Below, piece by piece: positions 53,926-64,000 of a stretch of DNA of 64,000 bases (positions are counted from its first letter, which is position 1; every line of letters starts with the position of its first letter). Source of the DNA: an uncultured Planctomycetota bacterium (GTDB taxonomy: Bacteria > Planctomycetota > Planctomycetia > Isosphaerales > Isosphaeraceae). Location: positions 2,048,001 through 2,112,000 of the forward strand of contig CAWGMQ010000008.1 of assembly GCA_963823665.1 (NCBI GenBank), written 5' to 3'. The notes under the pieces were generated by a model, which worked only from the letters and a program-made list of their open reading frames with translations, was not told the origin of the DNA and ran no database searches. Made by a program: the position numbers and the translations under genes.

Positions 53926-56900
53926 TCAGTCCGGTAGCTCCTCAATCAGAATCTCCTGGAACTGAATCACCGTCTTGCCCAGGACGAGCAACGAAATCGC
54001 ACCCGAGCCATACCACCAAGACGCGTCCCGATAATCGGCGACCGTTTTTCCATTTATCGACGTCGTGACACGATCCCGGATTGCGGTGATCTCGGCAGTA
54101 TTCCAAGAATTCACCGGAACGGGAGTTGGCTCAGCTCGTGCATCCCAAGCGATATGGTGGAATCGCTGGTTTCTCATTTTCGTGATACTTCCGGCGGGTA
54201 TTTGCCACTGATCCGTTCTGGGCCACGAGTTTAGGTTAACCAGATAGCCGCTTCTGTTGTCGCCACTGCCGGAAAATCGGACTTCGATCAAACTATTGCC
54301 TCCTTGTTGATGCCGAAACTTTGTCCGCAACCGGTAATTTGTGAAGTTTCGACTATGCGTAACGAGGTTGCCCGCGCCCGCTTCGCCAGCACCACGACCT
54401 TCGAGCAACCCGTCCACGACTTTCCACTCGCTTCCATTGGTGAGAACGTCCTTCCAGCCATCGAGGTTCTTGCCGTTGAACAGGGCGGTAAACTCGCCGT
54501 TCCTCGACAGAACACGCGGCGATACCGAACCGCCAAGTTCTATTGCGCCGCCACCTGCATTCCTCGCGACGCGAAATCCCTGCTGGGGAACGTGAATACC
54601 CGGATCCTTATGGAAGTTTGGCCAGCTCCCTCGAAAAAGCGAGCTAAACAACATCCGGGTGTTCCACGTGTACGCACAACCGCGACTAACGCGGCCTATT
54701 CCCGTTACCGGACCGGTGGGATCCTTCACAGGCCCCCCGTCGTCTCGGTATTTGCCATACCAATCCCAGCACCACTCAAACACGTTCCCCGTCATGTCGT
54801 ATAATCCGTAGCGGTTCGGCTTCAACTCACCAACTGGGTGGGTCTGCTTACCGCTGTTCGTCCCAGTCCACGCGAATAGATCGACGCGCTCCCAGTCATC
54901 ACCGTGGGGATAAATCGTTTGGGTGCCGCCTCGGCATGCGTATTCCCACTCTGCCTCGGTCGGCAGGCGGTAACCATCGCCACCGATGATAGACACCTCG
55001 TTACGGTCGATTCTGTAGAAAGGCGGGCGGCCCTCCTTTTCGCTCAGTCGGTTGCAGAACTCGACCGCTTCGTACCACGACACGGAATCAACCGGAAGAT
55101 TTCGCTGACCGCGAAACTTGCTGGGTTCGCTGCCCAAGACCAGTTGGTACTCTTCCTGGGTAACCTCGTATGCACCAATATAGAATGGCTTGGTGATCTG
55201 TACCGCGTGAGCCGGACGAGCACGCTCAGTCTCAGAGAGGTGCATTTTGGACACCTCGGGATTGTCCGGGGCACCCATCAAGAACCCACCGGCCGGGATG
55301 TGTTTCAGCTTCATGCCAATCGAGTTCGTCAAAGTCAGTGGCAGCGCGGCCGGCGCCTGCCCATGTCCTGCGTCCCGCAAAGGTTCCAGCCGGACTACGA
55401 TCTCTTCCGACCCTTCCACGGCAACCGTCACAGATTCTCCGTACGTTTTAAACCCTTCCTTCTTCACCTCGATCCTGCGCTCACCTGGAAGAGCCCGAAT
55501 CACGATAGGTTTGCCACCGCCAGGCCATGAGACCGTAACCTTGTTTCCGTCGACATAGACGTCCGCACCGTCTGGCACATTTTCTAGTACGATCACTCCA
55601 TCGGGCGTTCCCACGCGAATCACGCTGGCAACCCACCAACCGGCGAAGCCCAAGACGACTGCCGCGATGCACACGGCCGGCCAGAGCCACATCGGCCGAC
55701 GATTCGGTTCGGCGCGAGCGGCTTTGAGTATGGTAGCTGCGTCAGCCCCCACGTTAGCGAGGCTGTCCCACCGCGCGTCGGCCTGCGCCCGCTCGGCCGG
55801 CTTTCCTAGGTCTACTCCCGTGGGTTCGCTCGCGGCGGTCGTTTTCGACGTAGGGCCGGCACGTCGAGCTCCATCGCCAACTGCGCGCTGTTCGATCAAC
55901 GAAACCTCGCCAACCGCGGTGTGCGCGTTTCGAAACACCCTTCTTGAAAAACGGCAGAAGCGCGTCCGCCACTTCCTTCGGCGTCTGAAACCGCCGCCCC
56001 GGATCCTTCGCCAGCATCTTCGCAACCAGCGCCGCCAACTCCGCCGGCACCTCGGGCCGAACAAAATTCAGCGGATCCGCATCCCGCGACATGTGCGCCT
56101 GGTACATGTCATACAGCGAGCTGGCCTGGAACGGTGGTCGACCTGTGAGCAGATGGTACAGGGTGGCGCCGAAGCTATAGATATCAGCCCGGATGTCAGC
56201 GGTCGTCGCATCAACAATCTGCTCCGGAGCAATGTAGTCAGGCGTGCCCAGCGCCTGCCCCTCCGAGGTCAGCCGCAAATCAACTTTCTCTTCACGCGTC
56301 ACGCGGGCCAGGCCGAAATCGAGGATCTTGACGGTCGACTTGTTCTTCTTATACGAGAGCATCAAGTTGCCGGGCTTTATATCCCGGTGAACCAAACCCT
56401 CCTCGTGCGCATGCTGAATGCCCAAGGCCGCCTGGTGTGCGAAGAAGCACGCATGGGCGACAGGCAACGCTCCCTTTGCCTTCACCATTCGCGACAGATC
56501 CAATCCTTCAACGTACTCCATCGCAAGGACGAAGCTCTCACCAATGCGCGTCGCGTGATAAGCCGTCACAATGTTGGGATGGCGAAGCTTCGCGACAGCC
56601 CGGATCTCTCGCAGGAACCGCTCAAGCACACCGGGCCGTTCCATGATGTGCCGGCCCATCACCTTGAGCACCTCGTCACGACCCATCAGCCGGTTATGAG
56701 CCAGGTACACCACCCCCATGCCGCCGCGGCCAAGCTCCCGCTTGATCTCATAGTCAGCGTGGTCAGCCAGTCCAGGCGGCAACGTCTCAGCCGGCGGCGG
56801 CGCGACCGCGACAGCCGGCCGTTGGCCCAGCAGCGATGCACCAAACTGCGACTTGTCGGTGGCCGACATCTCCGGACCAACGCGCGCCTCGCGAAGCCGT

Positions 56901-57061
56901 CCCAGAAAACTGTCGGACGACATCTCCGCAACCCGGCACTGACACTCCGAGCACGAGCTCAAATGCTGGTTCACCGATCCAGCCGAAGCGTCATCGAGCT
57001 TGCCCAGACTGTAGGCCTGCAAAGTCGGATCATTCGGGTGGACGGCGTCTGTGGCGCCCAT
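53926..57061 (-). CDS. Receptor Ser/Thr kinase 3: zinc finger - kinase - TM - PEGA-like - FGE-sulfatase - DUF1080 (frameshift near 55940)
   Basis: Kinase half nearly identical to kinase 2; TM WLWPAVCIAAVVLGFAGWWVA; RLPTEAEWEYACRGG, GLYDMTGNVFEWC; LFNGKNLDGW; ORFs 55754-57061 and 53926-56064. Confidence 0.9.
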
Positions 57062-57302
57062 GGCAGGATCTCCGGAGTGGTAACAACTTCAACGTCGATC
57101 GCTAAATCACTAATCAAGAAAGGCCGCACCAGCGCGAAACCTGCCGCGAAAACAAAAGAATATCCCGAAAAACATTCGAGCTCTACCCGTAACTGCTTGA
57201 AATTTCACGACTTGGCTTGACAATTAACTGTGCGCCAACGAGCCGAACCACCACACACTCGTCGCCGTCGAAAGCTCGGTAGCGCTGCCCCGCGCCCGCG
57301 AC

Positions 57303-58151
57303 TCACGGTCCCTGGAGCAGATCCTCCCAGCCATGGAGGTCAGGATCGACGATTCGCTCACCGATGGCCTCGAGACGGTCAATGTCTCTGATCGCCTCGA
57401 GTGCGCTCACGGTCGTGGCATCAGGCTCTCGAAATCGCTTGGTCCCTTGACGAATCAGGAACCGCCGTGCCTCCTCCAATCGTCCATCGTTGATGATTTT
57501 TCGATAGGTCGTCGACTCGTGCATCGTCTGAACCCCCTCAAGAAGTGAAAATGTAAGCTCGTCGGGAAAGCGCAGCCCCATCAACAAATACGTCGCGGTC
57601 CAGAGCCTGGCGGCCCTCGGTCGCGGCTCGCCATTGATGCGTGCCGCCATTCGCTGCACAAGCCCCGGCAAGTCCGCTTCCCCCACGTCGGTCAATGGGG
57701 CCAAGGGCACCAGCCCGACTCCAGCCGTCAGATAGGCCTCGGGATCTTCCTTCCACAGCCGCAGCACACGATAATTGTACCGATTCGTAAGCCAGCCGTC
57801 TGGAAGCTCTCGCTCGTATCCACCCGTCAAACTCGGCGAGTTGGCCTCCTTGCACAGCAACACCAACACGGTGAGCACAGGCAGATCATGGCGATAGTCA
57901 AGGGCGACCTGGCGGAACCAGAGCGTTCTTTGCAGATTCGTCTCGTGATAGGAATGGAGCTCGATGTTGACCAGATAGGGCTCGGACCCTCCGATCCTGA
58001 GCACCTTGTCCGCCGCAGCCGTCAGCGCGGTGATGTCGGAGTCGATCACCTCGACGAGCGCGGCAGAGCCAATGCCGAACCGTGCAAGCCAGGCCGCGGG
58101 GTCGTCCCACACCAGTTCTTTGGCCGAGACGTCGAATCGGTTGAACTCCAT
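57303..58151 (-). CDS. Rpn/transposase_31-like PD-(D/E)xK protein
   Basis: Paralogue of 41168-42088: ADKVL..NIELHS, RYNYRVLRLW, MHESTTY, KRF. Confidence 0.75.
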   Translation of the reverse strand: MEFNRFDVSAKELVWDDPAAWLARFGIGSAALVEVIDSDITALTAAADKVLRIGGSEPYLVNIELHSYHETNLQRTLWFRQVALDYRHDLPVLTVLVLLCKEANSPSLTGGYERELPDGWLTNRYNYRVLRLWKEDPEAYLTAGVGLVPLAPLTDVGEADLPGLVQRMAARINGEPRPRAARLWTATYLLMGLRFPDELTFSLLEGVQTMHESTTYRKIINDGRLEEARRFLIRQGTKRFREPDATTVSALEAIRDIDRLEAIGERIVDPDLHGWEDLLQGP

Positions 58152-58165
58152 GAAGCGACTCCAGT

Positions 58166-60502
58166 CTACCCTTTTCTAGCCTTGCCCCGACCGAGCACAA
58201 CAATCGTCGCCGCGGCACCCACAGCCGCGTGCGCGAGCACGATCATCCAAGCAGGAAACCACTCCCCGCCCTCTCGTCCGAGCGATTTCAAATATCCGTC
58301 CGGCAATAAGCGCTGGATCGCCTCCTGCCCCCAGTAGACCGTCACAAACGCCTTCGCGATCCAGAGCGCAATGCCGCTCAGTGGAGCGCTTACCCCGGCC
58401 AGGATGATCTGTGGGATCACGGCGACCGGGACCAGCGCGATCGCCACCTCCTCGGATCGAGCCACGGCCGAGATGAGCAAGCCGACCGTCGTCCCGACCA
58501 CCGCGAGCGCCGCAAGCGTGGCCAACTGAAGTAGCACGTTACCCTCCGGCCCACACCACATCCTCACAATCGTGAACAGCAGCGTCGCCTGCACAATTCC
58601 GATCACGGCAAGCACGAAGAATTTGGATGCGAAGTAACCCCCGACGCGCAGGTTGAAGTCGCGCTCACGCAAGTAGATCACCCGCTCCTTCACCAGTTCC
58701 TTCGCCGCCGTGTTGCACCCAAACCAGAGACACGACACGGTCAGCAGCAACAGCAAATTGACCGATCGCAGCGCACGTTCATGCAATTGGGACACATCGC
58801 TGAGATTCCCGTAAACCAATCCCAGCAAGAGCGCCACCAGGACGCTCTGCCCCAGCATCACCCCGAGCGCTTGCCGGTCGCCTCGCCAGATCGACACATA
58901 CCGCCGCGTCAGAACCATCGCCTGCCGCAAGCTGCTCGCGCCGCGGCCGCCCGGGCGAACAAGCGGCGTCGTGCCGTCGCGCTCACTCAGCGTCTCGGAC
59001 GGCAGTCGATCGATGACGTACTGTTTGAAAAGAGGGTTCGCTCGAAACCGATTGTGCCAATCCTCGGGTGTTTTTTGGGCGAGCTGCCGGTACACATCGC
59101 CAAGCCGCGAGATCTGGAAATACGCCTTCGCCTCATCCGGCGTGCCGACGAACGCCAGCCGCCCGCCCTCCGTGAGGATGACCACGAGGTGGCACGTCGC
59201 TTCGACATTGGCCAGGCTGTGCGTGATGCAGACAACGGTCTTTCCCCCCTCGGCGACCTGCCGGAACAACTCCATCACTTCCCTGTCCGTCTGTTCGTCA
59301 AGCCCTGAAGTCACCTCGTCCAGGAACAACAGGCTCGGGCGCGACACCAGTTCGTTCGCCAAGCTCGCACGCTTCACTTGGCCCCCGCTCAGGTGGCGGA
59401 TCAGCATTTTCCTCCGGCTGGAGAGCCCGACGACATCCAGAATATCGGAGACGCTCGACTCGACCTCGTCGCGCGACAGATCCTCAGGCAGCCGCAGCTC
59501 GGCCGTGTAGCGCAGCGCCTGCCCAACCGCGAGCGAGTCATGCAGAACGTCCTTCTGCGGCACGACGGCGATGTCTTCCTTGAGGGCCTCAAAGTGTGTG
59601 TACAAGTCCTGGCCGTTGAGTGTCAACATCCCGGCATCGGGCGGGTTTCGACCGCTCATGATGGTGAGCAGCGTCGACTTCCCCGACCCGCTCGGGCCCA
59701 GCACGCAAACGAATTCCTTGGGGCGGATCACCAGGCTGATCTGATCGAGCAGCTTCAGCGGCCGGCCGGTGTTCCTGTCTTGAACGACGCGACTCACACC
59801 GCGCGCAGCAAGCTCGACGTTATTCGACCGCGACCGGCTGACCAGCCTCGACCCGTCGAATCGAAGTGAGAACGGCCCGATATCGATGTTGTCGCCGGGA
59901 TTGAGCAAGGTTGGGCCGGTGAGCCGGCGGCCGTTGACAAACGTTCCGTTCGGGCTTCCCAGGTCGGCCAGAGCAACCCGCTGCCCATCCACGGCCAATC
60001 GGGCATGTGCCCGAGAGACGTGCGGGTGGTCGAGATGAAACTGGACGGTCGTGGCATCGCGGCCGATGACACCTCCCTTTCCCAGCTCGAACTGCTGAGC
60101 CCGGGCCGTGCCGCGCAGCAAGGCGATATGCCGCGAATCGGCGAGGACGGTCGCATCGAATTGCCGGGCCGGCGGCGTGCTGGTTCGATCCGGCTCGATC
60201 GAGAGGACCACGATACTGGGGCCAGTAAAGCCCAGGCGAACCCGATCGCCGGCCTTGATCGGCGATGACGTATCGAGTGGGTTGCCGTTCAAGAGAGTCT
60301 TGTTGCTCTGGCTCAAATGGACCAGAACGAACCCCGTCGCCGTTGGTTCGATCCGGGCATGAAAACCGGAGACTTTCGGAAATGCGATCGCATCGATAGC
60401 TACCTCGCACCCGGCGTCGCGGCCCAGGCGGATGTGCGAGCCCGTGGTCTCGACGATTTGTGTCCGCCCATCAGGCTGATCCACCTGCAGCCGAGCTTGC
60501 AT
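58166..60502 (-). CDS. FHA-FHA-ATPase-membrane ABC transporter (Rv1747-like architecture)
   Basis: Two FHA domains (LGRD..VSGFH; IGRD..VSRAH..DLGSPNGT), Walker A GPSGSGKST, LSGGQ, LFLDEVTSGLD, ABC-2 TM region. Confidence 0.92.
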   Translation of the reverse strand: MQARLQVDQPDGRTQIVETTGSHIRLGRDAGCEVAIDAIAFPKVSGFHARIEPTATGFVLVHLSQSNKTLLNGNPLDTSSPIKAGDRVRLGFTGPSIVVLSIEPDRTSTPPARQFDATVLADSRHIALLRGTARAQQFELGKGGVIGRDATTVQFHLDHPHVSRAHARLAVDGQRVALADLGSPNGTFVNGRRLTGPTLLNPGDNIDIGPFSLRFDGSRLVSRSRSNNVELAARGVSRVVQDRNTGRPLKLLDQISLVIRPKEFVCVLGPSGSGKSTLLTIMSGRNPPDAGMLTLNGQDLYTHFEALKEDIAVVPQKDVLHDSLAVGQALRYTAELRLPEDLSRDEVESSVSDILDVVGLSSRRKMLIRHLSGGQVKRASLANELVSRPSLLFLDEVTSGLDEQTDREVMELFRQVAEGGKTVVCITHSLANVEATCHLVVILTEGGRLAFVGTPDEAKAYFQISRLGDVYRQLAQKTPEDWHNRFRANPLFKQYVIDRLPSETLSERDGTTPLVRPGGRGASSLRQAMVLTRRYVSIWRGDRQALGVMLGQSVLVALLLGLVYGNLSDVSQLHERALRSVNLLLLLTVSCLWFGCNTAAKELVKERVIYLRERDFNLRVGGYFASKFFVLAVIGIVQATLLFTIVRMWCGPEGNVLLQLATLAALAVVGTTVGLLISAVARSEEVAIALVPVAVIPQIILAGVSAPLSGIALWIAKAFVTVYWGQEAIQRLLPDGYLKSLGREGGEWFPAWMIVLAHAAVGAAATIVVLGRGKARKG

Positions 60503-60764
60503 GGAATGCTTCCCATAAACCTACGCAGCCGACGCGACGCCCGCTGACACTGGCTGCCCTACGGTTGAACCCGGAATTTGACCCTTCCGCCGTGTGGGAG
60601 CCACTTAGTCGCCGGTCAACGGCATCGTCTGAGTACCAACGGGCTGTGCACAAAAACCGAATCTGCACGACGAGGCGAGCCGCACCGACTACCGTTTCCG
60701 CTTGCAGCAACCTGGCAAATGGAGTTTCGCGCATCCGCGGCAATGCGGTTTCCGGAGGCCTTTT

Positions 60765-63635
60765 CTACTCGCCAAGCTCTTCTATCCTGATATCTTTGAA
60801 CTGAATACGTGAGTCCCCGCGGGCGGCAATCGCAATCCCTCCAGACCCGTACGATCCAACGGCGTCGGTGTAATCCGCCAACGTTTTACCGTTCATCGAA
60901 CTGATAATGTGACTCCTGAGCGCCACGATTTCCAAGGTGCGCCACTCGTTCACCGGAACACGGTCGGACTCGGCCCGCTTCTCCCAGGCAAGCCCAGTGC
61001 CATATGCGTAGTTACTCAATTTTGTAATGCTACCGGTCGGCGGTAAACCGCCGTCCGTGGTCGCCCCTGAGCCGATATAGACCATGTAGCCATTGGTGTT
61101 GTCGCCAACCGGCGAGCGACGCACCTCGATCCATCCCCATCCCTCCTCCGGGCAGCTAAACTGAACGCGTAAACGAAAATCCGCATAGGTTTGACGCTTG
61201 TAGATGAGTAACGCTGGTTTTCCGATACCGCCTCCTTTACCCTCGAGTATGCCTCCAGAGACTTTCCATTTGCTACCGTTCGTGAGCAATTCTTCCCACC
61301 CATTCTGAGTACCGTCAAATAACGGCACGAACTTGGACGCCGCCGCCTCTGTCACCAAACCCCCAGCCTCCGATTCGGTGTTCGAATTCCTTTGGACGTC
61401 CTCCGCCTGCGCCGGCCCGTTCAACTCGGCCTTATCCTTCTCCTCAACGCCCTTCAACTTCGTCTCAACTGCCTCTCGATTGCTGATGTTCAGCTCGCCT
61501 TCCTCGACGTAAAATGCCAAGTCGAGCTGCCGCAGCAATAGGCGCAGCGTCGTCTTAAGTGGAACGCCTTCAAGATCGAGCATGCGCACAGGTGATGCCT
61601 TCGTTTTGTCTGCCGCGCTGAGCCCGTCCGGATCTAGATAGATCTGGAGACCAAAGTCCTTCTTAACGGCTTTCGTGGCCTGCTGGATGAACTTGATCAC
61701 GTTCTCAAGCGGCGTTTCTTCTTGAAACGCCATGCCAATCGGCATCTCAAGGACTTGCAGCACCTCTTGAGTCTCCGGCGTCGCATCGACGGCCAGTGCA
61801 GGCGAGTCCTTGCGTTCTCGCTCCACCCCGGCTGCTGAGCTGATAAAGAGAACCCCATCCTTCACGCAGTAATCCAGGTTCAATTGGCCGAGAATGTTCC
61901 GAAGCGTTGTCTTCAACCGTAATCGATCGAACTTAACATTTCTAAAGGGCGACGCCATCGTCTTGTCGGCCTCAGAAAGTCCGACGGGGTCGACGTAGAT
62001 CGGTATGTCCGGTTGACCCGGCCCTTTGGTCGCCTCTTTGATGTATTTGAGCCCGTCCTCGAACGGCGTCTCATCTTCAAAATCCATGGAGATCACTTTT
62101 TCGAGCGCCTCGCGGATCGCCTTTGTTGTATCTAACTCGTAAGCATTAGAAGACGACTTTTTCTGCTGCGGCGACGACGCGGTCTTCACCCTCAAGATCC
62201 AGGCGACCGTCAACGCGACGACGAGCCCAAGTACCAACGCCCCCGCCACCACCGATCGCCACGTGCGCCGCTGTGTCTTACCTGGAAAGGCAAGCGCATC
62301 AGCCAAAACACGCGCGGTCTCACTCGCGTCGTCCGGGCCCTGCCGATCTCCCGTCACGGCAATCTGGCTCGACCGATCCGCAGACGGCTTGCTGATTGGT
62401 CCCGAATTCGGAATGGATTCGTTCGGTACGGAGATAAGCGATCGTCTGCGTTCGATCTCCCTGGTCTGGTCATTCTTGGACAGAGCCGAATCCAAACTCT
62501 TTACCACTGCAACCGCTTTCTTGAAAAAAGGCGTCAGCTCTCGCGCCACGTCGGCCGGCGTCTGAAACCGCCGCTCCGGCTCCTTTGCCATCATCTTCGC
62601 CACCAAGGCCGCCAGCTCGACTGGCACCTCCGGACGCGCCAGGTTGAGCGGCATCGCGTCCATCGAGTGATGCGCCTGAAGGATCTCATACAAACTACTC
62701 GCTGCGAACGGCGGCTTTCCCATCAGCAAGTAGTAAAACGTGCACCCCAGGCTGTAAATGTCCGCCCGGATGTCGGCTTCGCGCGCGTCCCTGATCTGCT
62801 CTGGTGCGATGTAGTCCGGCGTGCCCAGCATCTGGCCTTCATGAGTCAGTCCTCCGTCAACAGCGCCCTCGCTCTTGACTTTGGCCAGCCCGAAATCCAG
62901 TACCTTGATGATCGCCCGATTGGCCTGCCGGGCAAGCATCAGATTGCTCGGCTTGATGTCGCGATGGACCATTCCCAGCTCATGCGCATGTTGTAGCCCC
63001 AGGGACGCCTGGTGGATGTAATTGCAAGCATTCGCGACCGGCAACCCGCCCTTGGCCTTGACCAGCCTCGAAAGATCGAGCCCCTCGACATATTCCATCG
63101 CGAAGACAATGCTCTCGCCGACGCGGCTCGCGGAGTACGCGGTAACGATATTCGTGTGGTGCAGCCTCGCCGCATTGCGAATCTCTGCTGAAAACCGCTC
63201 GCTAACCCCGCGCCGGTTCATGAGGTGGCCACTGACGACCTTCAGAACCTCGAGCCGGCCCATCAACCGATTCTTCGCGAGATACACCGTCCCCATCCCC
63301 CCCTGGCCAAGCTCGCGAATCACCTCGTAGTCAGGGTGCTCCGCCAACCCCGGCGGAAGCGTCTCGGCGGCCGGCGGTGGCCCAGCGTCGTCCGCCCGGT
63401 TTTGGATCAGCGACGCGCCGAACTGAGACCTGTCCGTCGCCGACATGTCCGGCGATTCCGGTGCCTTGCGCAGCCGCCCAAGGAAGCTGTCCGGCGCCAC
63501 TTCGGCCACGCGACGCTGGCACTCCGGACACAGATCCAGGTGCTCATTGACCGATGCGGCCGAGGCATCGTCGAGCTTGCCCAGGCCGTACGATTGCAAG
63601 ATCTGGTCCGTGGGGTGGTTCACAAGATCGCTCAT
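60765..63635 (-). CDS. Receptor Ser/Thr kinase 4: zinc finger - kinase - TM - two STN/secretin-N-like repeats - DUF1080
   Basis: ATG at 63635 after AGGAGG; HLDLCPEC, HRDIKPSN, DFG, APE; TM VVAGALVLGLVVALTVAWIL; two repeats (ISMDFEDETPFED..LKTTLR; IGMAFQEETPLEN..LKTTLR); FVPLFDG..W..GGIAI. Confidence 0.9.
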   Translation of the reverse strand: MSDLVNHPTDQILQSYGLGKLDDASAASVNEHLDLCPECQRRVAEVAPDSFLGRLRKAPESPDMSATDRSQFGASLIQNRADDAGPPPAAETLPPGLAEHPDYEVIRELGQGGMGTVYLAKNRLMGRLEVLKVVSGHLMNRRGVSERFSAEIRNAARLHHTNIVTAYSASRVGESIVFAMEYVEGLDLSRLVKAKGGLPVANACNYIHQASLGLQHAHELGMVHRDIKPSNLMLARQANRAIIKVLDFGLAKVKSEGAVDGGLTHEGQMLGTPDYIAPEQIRDAREADIRADIYSLGCTFYYLLMGKPPFAASSLYEILQAHHSMDAMPLNLARPEVPVELAALVAKMMAKEPERRFQTPADVARELTPFFKKAVAVVKSLDSALSKNDQTREIERRRSLISVPNESIPNSGPISKPSADRSSQIAVTGDRQGPDDASETARVLADALAFPGKTQRRTWRSVVAGALVLGLVVALTVAWILRVKTASSPQQKKSSSNAYELDTTKAIREALEKVISMDFEDETPFEDGLKYIKEATKGPGQPDIPIYVDPVGLSEADKTMASPFRNVKFDRLRLKTTLRNILGQLNLDYCVKDGVLFISSAAGVERERKDSPALAVDATPETQEVLQVLEMPIGMAFQEETPLENVIKFIQQATKAVKKDFGLQIYLDPDGLSAADKTKASPVRMLDLEGVPLKTTLRLLLRQLDLAFYVEEGELNISNREAVETKLKGVEEKDKAELNGPAQAEDVQRNSNTESEAGGLVTEAAASKFVPLFDGTQNGWEELLTNGSKWKVSGGILEGKGGGIGKPALLIYKRQTYADFRLRVQFSCPEEGWGWIEVRRSPVGDNTNGYMVYIGSGATTDGGLPPTGSITKLSNYAYGTGLAWEKRAESDRVPVNEWRTLEIVALRSHIISSMNGKTLADYTDAVGSYGSGGIAIAARGDSRIQFKDIRIEELGE

Positions 63636-64000
63636 CACATACCTCCTGACCGAAGATTCAAAACGTCGTCGTTTCAGCGCTCGATAGAAGACGCAGTAAC
63701 CGTCCGGAACTTGCGCGAATTGGAAAATGACCTGAAAGAGCTGTTCAGTCATGAACTGCACGCTCACAACCCGCGGCGCACGCACCTGACCCATGTTGTC
63801 CGTCGACACGAACACAGCGGCTCAAGCGCAAGCCACCGAAAGTCCGAGCCGGTTCAGTGCCAGTTTTCCCGTCTCCCCGTCAATCAATTGCCTTTCAACT
63901 CAATGACGATGTTGCCAACCGTGGGATTGCCATCGGTTTTGATTCCCTGCATCGTAAGAAACCCGAGGCTGCCGACAACCTGGCCGGAATACTCGAACTG

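Noticed and set aside
44805..55330. Complete diversity-generating retroelement
   Set aside because: No reverse transcriptase, accessory gene or adenine-rich template repeat is visible in the window; only candidate target domains.

Overview
GC-rich bacterial DNA that looks planctomycetal (probably Isosphaeraceae-like), judged from gene content: zinc-finger Ser/Thr kinases, DUF1080 and FGE-sulfatase domains, an extra RpoD-like sigma factor, and typical REP families. 1-8.6 kb is housekeeping (nusA-infB-rbfA, tatD, queE). 8.6-20 kb is a decaying accessory zone: REP-invaded genes, deleted glycosyltransferase/TPR genes, an atypical IscU, two group II intron remnants, a HExxH toxin remnant with a coupled immunity-like gene, and an IS3 element. 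20-33.5 kb holds ordinary metabolic and envelope genes. 33.7-64 kb is a phospho-signalling island with five Ser/Thr kinases, three double-FHA proteins and two FHA-ABC proteins. Its core (43.7-58.2 kb) is a tandemly repeated cassette [Rpn-like nuclease - conserved leader - zinc-finger/kinase/TM receptor - orphan HTH antitoxin - REP - double FHA]. The intracellular halves of the receptors are conserved, while their extracellular sensor modules (PEGA-like, FGE/C-type-lectin, DUF1080, STN-like) differ combinatorially. This polymorphic receptor-kinase array is the most notable candidate for an undescribed system. Many genes, including essential infB, have single-base frameshifts, so most frameshifts are probably sequencing or assembly errors. 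No rRNA, tRNA, CRISPR array or reverse transcriptase was seen.
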